Shown here: piece after piece, positions 58,494 through 64,000 of the stretch
How the letters are laid out: every line of letters starts with the position of its first letter
Numbering within the stretch: position 1 is the stretch's first letter
NCBI GenBank assembly: GCA_028697455.1
Contig: JAQVEZ010000002.1
Span: forward strand, 25,486 to 89,485
DNA: 64,000 nt
Direction of reading: 5' to 3'
From: Minisyncoccota bacterium
Lineage (GTDB): Bacteria; Patescibacteriota; Minisyncoccia; Phycocordibacterales; UBA1006
Notes under the pieces: generated by a model
The model's database searches: none
What the model was told of the DNA's origin: nothing
Seen by the model: only the letters and a program-made list of their open reading frames with translations
Position numbers and translations under genes: made by a program

Positions 58494-58540
58494 GAACAAA
58501 ATCTCAAAAAACCAAATACTTTTGGTTTTTTATTCACCAA

Positions 58541-60134
58541 AATATCGTATACTAGAAATATTACTACTATGAAAAAAGCCTATTTAACACTTTCTTTGGC
58601 AGTTATTCTTTTGGGAGGATTTTTAATGAACCCTTCTTGGGGAGAAGCACAAAATCAATGCACTGTTTCAAGTGCTACTTTTACCCAACCTGAAGATAAT
58701 TCTTTTGATAAAAAGAAGTCTACTTTAAATATCAAAACTAACGGTTGTGAATATACAAACCTTTCTGTGGTATTAAAATATTTTGCATCAGATGATTATA
58801 TATGGACCCATCAAATAAAAAACCTTCCAGGGATTTTAAAGGTTGCAAGTGATGGGGATCTCACTCTTGAAATAACTCTGGGAGAAGACCCCTGTTGGTC
58901 TGCAAACAAGGACCCTTATGGATTTCCTTGCGTTACTTTTATTGAGGTATATCAAGGAGGGAATCTCAAATTTAGTGGAAACGAAACCTACGGAAGTGAA
59001 TTTATTACCAAAGAAAAAGTAAAACTTGGTAAAAACGATCCAAATGTTCTTAAGGATTATCGTAATAAAGGTGTCCTTATTGGAGAATGTTCAAGTACTC
59101 TCTTTTGTAAAGAAGGAAGCAGCAATGTTTGGGAGTTAAGTAAGTTACTCAAAGGAACTTCACAGCAAACACAAAGCTGTATCATCAATCCCAATGATAT
59201 CCAATATGGAGAGCTTCCTTTTGAAAAAGACAGCAACGGAAACTCTTTCCCCACTATCACAAACGCCAATCTTACTCTCAATATCAATACTACAAACTGT
59301 AAGGGATTACCTATCACTCTAAGTATTTATGGTACTGAGGGGAAGGTTGATATCAAGGTCCCAGAAAAAGGCGCCGTAACTGAAATTACCAAAACTGCTG
59401 TAGGAGACGAGCTCAAATTTTCTTTCAAAACCCATGACGAAGAATGTTCTATACAAAAAAATCCTCATTGTCAGTTTGGGACAACAATCACCCAAAACGG
59501 AACTCCCATTGTAAGTACTCAAAACCTTTTAGAAACTATTGTGCCTGGAGTAGCAATTGATTGGAATTACTATCGAAACAATGGAGTCATTTTTGCTTAC
59601 TGTTCCTCAGGTCTTGGTGGTGTCTATTACTGTGAGCGTCTTGGGGCAAATGATTGGACACTTCTCAAGGTTTCAGGAAGTGCAGGGGAAGATACGCCCG
59701 AAGTATTTGAAACGATTACCCCAAAATTCGACCCCGAAAGCCCTTGTTTTGTCCAAGAGCTCAATGGGGGAAATGGGGGATATGATGAAGATTGTTACGA
59801 ACTCCTTGCTCCTGTTCCAGGATTAAAAGGAGCTACTGATCCTCTAGGAAATAATCGCTGGAGTATTAATCTTAAGAATTTTCAAATAGGAGACTATGTT
59901 AATTCACTCTTTTCTATTGCCTTAGGAATTCTAACGCTTCTTGCGGTGATTATGATTGTGATTGCTGGGGTACAGTATATGACCATTGAAAGTTTCCAGG
60001 GTAAATCTGATGCCAAAAGTAGAATTACTGGTGCTCTGACAGGGCTTCTTCTTGCCTTGAGTATTTATATTATTTTGGGAACCATTAACCCCGATCTTCT
60101 TCAGGTAAACTTTGGAAGTAACATTGAGGAGGTG
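58541..60134. repeat. 1594-bp perfect direct repeat (partner copy 60811..62404) covering the promoter, 5' UTR and first 1566 nt of the two hydrolase genes
   Basis: Both copies begin with aatatcgtatactagaaatattactactATGaaaaaagcc and are identical by eye up to ...acattgaggaggtg. They then diverge (aagttggagggg vs gcattagaggga). Confidence 0.9.
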
Positions 60135-60788
60135 AAGTTGGAGGGGATGCAACTATCACCAGAGCAATTGGCTGCGTATGGAAACGATTATAATACCGCA
60201 ATGCAACAAGGAACAGAGATTCCTCCTGATAATCAAATGTTCCAAGATGAAGGGTTTATTGCATATCTCTATCACCAACAAGGAGAAGGCGGTGCTCCTT
60301 CTATTATCTATTCCGCACAACAAGGATGGAGTAAAATTGAAAAAACTCCTTGGGCATCAAACAAATTAAAAGCTGCTGACGTCAACAAAAATATGAATAA
60401 CAACTGGCCAAGCGGCGTCAACCGAGGAAACGGGTCTCCTTCAGACTTTCTCAGGGTTTGGTGGGTGGTATGGAACCAAAGAAAGACAGAAATAAGTCTC
60501 ATACCAAAAAATGTTGCAAACATTGTTACCCAAGTTGCAAATGAAGAAAAGATTGAAGTGAACCGATTCAAAACAGTGTGTATGATAGAATCGAGTTGTA
60601 ATAATCCAAGCATCAAAAACGACCAAGGGTACAAAGGCCTTTTCCAGTTTAGTGATGACACCTTTGCTTCTCAGAAAAAACCTGGCTGTGATAGTATTTT
60701 TGATGCCTATTGTAATAGTTATGCGGGAGCACGTTATATGAAATATAATCTTTCTCGCTGGAATAAGCATAAAGCTAAGATCTTTTGA
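58569..60788 (+). CDS. Secreted membrane-anchored cell-wall hydrolase, variant 1: shared 520-aa N-terminal module plus C-terminal SLT lytic transglycosylase domain
   Basis: Signal peptide; Cys-containing N-terminal domain; hydrophobic helical hairpin LFSIALGILTLLAVIMIVIAGVQYM...ITGALTGLLLALSIYIILG; C-terminal CMIESSCNNPSIKNDQGYKGLFQFSDDTFAS carries the E-S...GLxQ lytic transglycosylase signature. Confidence 0.6.
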   Translation: MKKAYLTLSLAVILLGGFLMNPSWGEAQNQCTVSSATFTQPEDNSFDKKKSTLNIKTNGCEYTNLSVVLKYFASDDYIWTHQIKNLPGILKVASDGDLTLEITLGEDPCWSANKDPYGFPCVTFIEVYQGGNLKFSGNETYGSEFITKEKVKLGKNDPNVLKDYRNKGVLIGECSSTLFCKEGSSNVWELSKLLKGTSQQTQSCIINPNDIQYGELPFEKDSNGNSFPTITNANLTLNINTTNCKGLPITLSIYGTEGKVDIKVPEKGAVTEITKTAVGDELKFSFKTHDEECSIQKNPHCQFGTTITQNGTPIVSTQNLLETIVPGVAIDWNYYRNNGVIFAYCSSGLGGVYYCERLGANDWTLLKVSGSAGEDTPEVFETITPKFDPESPCFVQELNGGNGGYDEDCYELLAPVPGLKGATDPLGNNRWSINLKNFQIGDYVNSLFSIALGILTLLAVIMIVIAGVQYMTIESFQGKSDAKSRITGALTGLLLALSIYIILGTINPDLLQVNFGSNIEEVKLEGMQLSPEQLAAYGNDYNTAMQQGTEIPPDNQMFQDEGFIAYLYHQQGEGGAPSIIYSAQQGWSKIEKTPWASNKLKAADVNKNMNNNWPSGVNRGNGSPSDFLRVWWVVWNQRKTEISLIPKNVANIVTQVANEEKIEVNRFKTVCMIESSCNNPSIKNDQGYKGLFQFSDDTFASQKKPGCDSIFDAYCNSYAGARYMKYNLSRWNKHKAKIF

Positions 60789-60838
60789 TCTTGGTTTTTT
60801 TATTTTAAAGAATATCGTATACTAGAAATATTACTACT

Positions 60839-63076
60839 ATGAAAAAAGCCTATTTAACACTTTCTTTGGCAGTTATTCTTTTGGGAGGATTTTTAATGAA
60901 CCCTTCTTGGGGAGAAGCACAAAATCAATGCACTGTTTCAAGTGCTACTTTTACCCAACCTGAAGATAATTCTTTTGATAAAAAGAAGTCTACTTTAAAT
61001 ATCAAAACTAACGGTTGTGAATATACAAACCTTTCTGTGGTATTAAAATATTTTGCATCAGATGATTATATATGGACCCATCAAATAAAAAACCTTCCAG
61101 GGATTTTAAAGGTTGCAAGTGATGGGGATCTCACTCTTGAAATAACTCTGGGAGAAGACCCCTGTTGGTCTGCAAACAAGGACCCTTATGGATTTCCTTG
61201 CGTTACTTTTATTGAGGTATATCAAGGAGGGAATCTCAAATTTAGTGGAAACGAAACCTACGGAAGTGAATTTATTACCAAAGAAAAAGTAAAACTTGGT
61301 AAAAACGATCCAAATGTTCTTAAGGATTATCGTAATAAAGGTGTCCTTATTGGAGAATGTTCAAGTACTCTCTTTTGTAAAGAAGGAAGCAGCAATGTTT
61401 GGGAGTTAAGTAAGTTACTCAAAGGAACTTCACAGCAAACACAAAGCTGTATCATCAATCCCAATGATATCCAATATGGAGAGCTTCCTTTTGAAAAAGA
61501 CAGCAACGGAAACTCTTTCCCCACTATCACAAACGCCAATCTTACTCTCAATATCAATACTACAAACTGTAAGGGATTACCTATCACTCTAAGTATTTAT
61601 GGTACTGAGGGGAAGGTTGATATCAAGGTCCCAGAAAAAGGCGCCGTAACTGAAATTACCAAAACTGCTGTAGGAGACGAGCTCAAATTTTCTTTCAAAA
61701 CCCATGACGAAGAATGTTCTATACAAAAAAATCCTCATTGTCAGTTTGGGACAACAATCACCCAAAACGGAACTCCCATTGTAAGTACTCAAAACCTTTT
61801 AGAAACTATTGTGCCTGGAGTAGCAATTGATTGGAATTACTATCGAAACAATGGAGTCATTTTTGCTTACTGTTCCTCAGGTCTTGGTGGTGTCTATTAC
61901 TGTGAGCGTCTTGGGGCAAATGATTGGACACTTCTCAAGGTTTCAGGAAGTGCAGGGGAAGATACGCCCGAAGTATTTGAAACGATTACCCCAAAATTCG
62001 ACCCCGAAAGCCCTTGTTTTGTCCAAGAGCTCAATGGGGGAAATGGGGGATATGATGAAGATTGTTACGAACTCCTTGCTCCTGTTCCAGGATTAAAAGG
62101 AGCTACTGATCCTCTAGGAAATAATCGCTGGAGTATTAATCTTAAGAATTTTCAAATAGGAGACTATGTTAATTCACTCTTTTCTATTGCCTTAGGAATT
62201 CTAACGCTTCTTGCGGTGATTATGATTGTGATTGCTGGGGTACAGTATATGACCATTGAAAGTTTCCAGGGTAAATCTGATGCCAAAAGTAGAATTACTG
62301 GTGCTCTGACAGGGCTTCTTCTTGCCTTGAGTATTTATATTATTTTGGGAACCATTAACCCCGATCTTCTTCAGGTAAACTTTGGAAGTAACATTGAGGA
62401 GGTGGCATTAGAGGGATATGACCCCCCAACATCTCCTTATTTTTCAAGCGGCTCAACGGGGTCAAATTACAACATAAATGCAGGGTCAGTACCAACAGGA
62501 AGTGCGAGTCAGTATTTAGCAAATTCAGGGGTATACTGTCCAAAACAAGGAGGGAGGACGGTCGTAAAACAGGTTGCTGAAAGTTTCCAGGAAAAAGTTA
62601 GCTATCGCTATGGAGGACGGTTCAATGATTTAGGGCAATCTTTTCCGAGTCACTGGAAGGGTTCTGGAAAAGGATATAATAAAAACACATCATGTCAGGT
62701 AAGCTCTGGGACTCTTTGCTTAGATTGTTCGGCTTTTGTCGCCACTGTTCTCTATTGTTCTGGAATAACAGAAAAACCAGAGATTGGAACAACTACTCAA
62801 ATTTTTCAGAATTCTGAAAAAATAAACCAACTTGATAAAAAAAATGGGGTTGTTAATGGAGTACCTCTTCAGCCAGGAGACCTTATAGGAGGAAAAGGTC
62901 ATGTTGGTATTTATATAGGAAATGGAATGGTAGCAGAATCAACAAGCGATAAGGGGGGTCGGAACCTAAACAAAGCAATCAAAATTCGAGGAATGGATGG
63001 AAATTGGTTTGGTATAGGGAAAAAAGGTGGTTATGTTGTACGACTAAATAAGCTATCTGGGGTTAAACTTAATTAA
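60839..63076 (+). CDS. Secreted membrane-anchored cell-wall hydrolase, variant 2: identical N-terminal module plus C-terminal NlpC/P60-type peptidase domain
   Basis: First 522 residues identical to 58569..60788; C-terminal SSGTLCLDCSAFVATVLYCSG...LQPGDLIGGKGHVGIYIGNGMVAES has the catalytic Cys and His arrangement of NlpC/P60. Confidence 0.6.
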   Translation: MKKAYLTLSLAVILLGGFLMNPSWGEAQNQCTVSSATFTQPEDNSFDKKKSTLNIKTNGCEYTNLSVVLKYFASDDYIWTHQIKNLPGILKVASDGDLTLEITLGEDPCWSANKDPYGFPCVTFIEVYQGGNLKFSGNETYGSEFITKEKVKLGKNDPNVLKDYRNKGVLIGECSSTLFCKEGSSNVWELSKLLKGTSQQTQSCIINPNDIQYGELPFEKDSNGNSFPTITNANLTLNINTTNCKGLPITLSIYGTEGKVDIKVPEKGAVTEITKTAVGDELKFSFKTHDEECSIQKNPHCQFGTTITQNGTPIVSTQNLLETIVPGVAIDWNYYRNNGVIFAYCSSGLGGVYYCERLGANDWTLLKVSGSAGEDTPEVFETITPKFDPESPCFVQELNGGNGGYDEDCYELLAPVPGLKGATDPLGNNRWSINLKNFQIGDYVNSLFSIALGILTLLAVIMIVIAGVQYMTIESFQGKSDAKSRITGALTGLLLALSIYIILGTINPDLLQVNFGSNIEEVALEGYDPPTSPYFSSGSTGSNYNINAGSVPTGSASQYLANSGVYCPKQGGRTVVKQVAESFQEKVSYRYGGRFNDLGQSFPSHWKGSGKGYNKNTSCQVSSGTLCLDCSAFVATVLYCSGITEKPEIGTTTQIFQNSEKINQLDKKNGVVNGVPLQPGDLIGGKGHVGIYIGNGMVAESTSDKGGRNLNKAIKIRGMDGNWFGIGKKGGYVVRLNKLSGVKLN

Positions 63077-63077
63077 A

Positions 63078-63102
63078 AACAACCTTAAGGTTGTTTTTTG
63101 TT
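63078..63102 (+). terminator. Rho-independent terminator after the NlpC/P60 variant gene
   Basis: AAACAACCttaaGGTTGTTTTTTG. Confidence 0.6.
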
Positions 63103-63168
63103 TCTCTATTTCGTCATTAAAGAAAATACTTTTTTATTCCCAAAAATATCGTATACTAAAAACATCAT

Positions 63169-64000
63169 ATGAATGCATCTTTGAGAAAAATTCTCTTGGG
63201 TCTAGGAGTTCTCTTACTTATCTTTGTTATTTTTTGGGGAATTCTTTTCTTCACTCAAAAACCAAAAGAGGAAAGTGATGGGAAAGTTCTTAACCTTTTT
63301 CCTTTTGGAGAAATAAGTCTTTCACAAAAAGACAAGGCTAATGAAGAGGGCGATATTATTCCAGGACAAACCACAGAAGATAATGAGAAAAATCCTTCGC
63401 AAATTCAAACTCCTCGCCTTCGCCAATTAACTGATTTCCCAACAGCTGGTTTTGCACCTTTAACACGTGTTGAGAAGAAAGAAGTCCCTGATATTTTTGT
63501 TGATGAAAATGGAGAAGTCCAAGAAACAACGAAAATCGTTGATGTTCTCAAATATGCTGTTCGTTATACCGATATTGAAAGTGGGTCTATTTATGAAGCA
63601 AAACTTTCTCCTGAAGATATTGAGGCTGAAATGCTCGTTGATAACTTTATTCCGAATGCAGAGTACGCTTACTTTAACAACGACGGTGATATTGTTGTCT
63701 ATCAATACTGGAATATTGAAGAGCATGTACCCGAAAGCTATATTGCACGGATTAAGAAAATAGAACTTAGCATTGATCCTTGTCCATCTGATTTTAGTCC
63801 TGTTGAGCTTGGTGAAGACGACCCCAAAATTATTGGTCTCCATAAATTCTTAAATAGAGATCCAAAAACCCAGCTTGCTCGTTCTGGGGTAAATTCACCT
63901 GGGAACGAATCTTCTTTGGTTTCAGAAGCAACAATTACTGCTATCAAGAATTTCCAATCTCTCTATCAAATTGATATTGATGGGAAGATCGGTCCCGCAA
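63169..64000 (+). CDS. Secreted or membrane-anchored protein with a peptidoglycan-binding-like domain; 3' end lies beyond the window
   Basis: ATG at 63169, preceded by AAAATATCGTATACTAAAAA, the same promoter motif as the two hydrolase genes. MNASLRKILLGLGVLLLIFVIFWGILFF TM segment; ...ATITAIKNFQSLYQIDIDGKIGP resembles PG_binding_1. Confidence 0.5.
   Translation, partial: MNASLRKILLGLGVLLLIFVIFWGILFFTQKPKEESDGKVLNLFPFGEISLSQKDKANEEGDIIPGQTTEDNEKNPSQIQTPRLRQLTDFPTAGFAPLTRVEKKEVPDIFVDENGEVQETTKIVDVLKYAVRYTDIESGSIYEAKLSPEDIEAEMLVDNFIPNAEYAYFNNDGDIVVYQYWNIEEHVPESYIARIKKIELSIDPCPSDFSPVELGEDDPKIIGLHKFLNRDPKTQLARSGVNSPGNESSLVSEATITAIKNFQSLYQIDIDGKIGPA

Noticed and set aside
1-64000. CRISPR arrays, rRNA genes, transposase or insertion-sequence elements, prophage genes
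   Set aside because: I looked for regularly spaced short direct repeats, rRNA-like conserved stretches, transposase DDE motifs and phage structural genes. None were found, and the only recombinase is a Xer-like tyrosine recombinase.

Overview
This is a 64 kb AT-rich (roughly 35-40% GC) bacterial chromosomal segment with the standard genetic code. Genes are densely packed, Shine-Dalgarno signals are weak, and TATAAT/TATACT-like -10 boxes sit only 6-20 nt upstream of many start codons, so 5' leaders are short or absent. Most genes are followed by strong hairpin terminators. Recognisable housekeeping genes are interspersed with many secreted and cell-surface proteins of unknown function. This mix fits a small-genome, monoderm-like organism such as a CPR/Patescibacteria-like epibiont, but I cannot confirm that.

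Housekeeping genes identified: ileS (5' part, type-2/eukaryote-like), argS, dedA-family, pepF, a thymidylate-cycle cluster (tmk-like, mazG-like, folA, thyA, glyA), tpiA, nusA, ksgA/rsmA, uvrD/pcrA, comM/yifB, dksA-like, rpsO, a Xer-type tyrosine recombinase, xth, cca, an FAD-linked oxidase, yraN, hup, clpP, tig, ppa, and three tRNAs (Arg-TCG, Pro-TGG, Gly-TCC).

Noteworthy, non-housekeeping features:
1. An array of about 12 canonical parS palindromes (TGTTTCACGTGAAACA) within roughly 0.7 kb (44.83-45.53 kb). It starts inside the 3' part of yraN and looks like a centromere.
2. Two homologous GC-rich elements of about 200 bp, each sitting directly 3' of a tRNA gene (Arg and Pro) and each ending in a copy of that tRNA's 3' end. 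They resemble att-site remnants or miniature tRNA-targeting elements.
3. A Gram-positive-type (VirB6/ConG-like plus VirB3/PrgI-like) type IV secretion system (T4SS)-like module in which the VirB4 homologue is only the 220-aa N-terminal domain, with no ATPase.
4. Two adjacent genes whose first 1.6 kb are identical down to the promoter but which end in different peptidoglycan hydrolase domains (SLT lytic transglycosylase vs NlpC/P60).
5. A tandem array of five secreted proteins: four paralogous Cys-rich proteins, two of them with 4-Cys modules and thrombospondin-type-1-like repeats, interrupted by an FG-GAP beta-propeller protein that carries a type IX secretion system (T9SS)-type C-terminal sorting domain.
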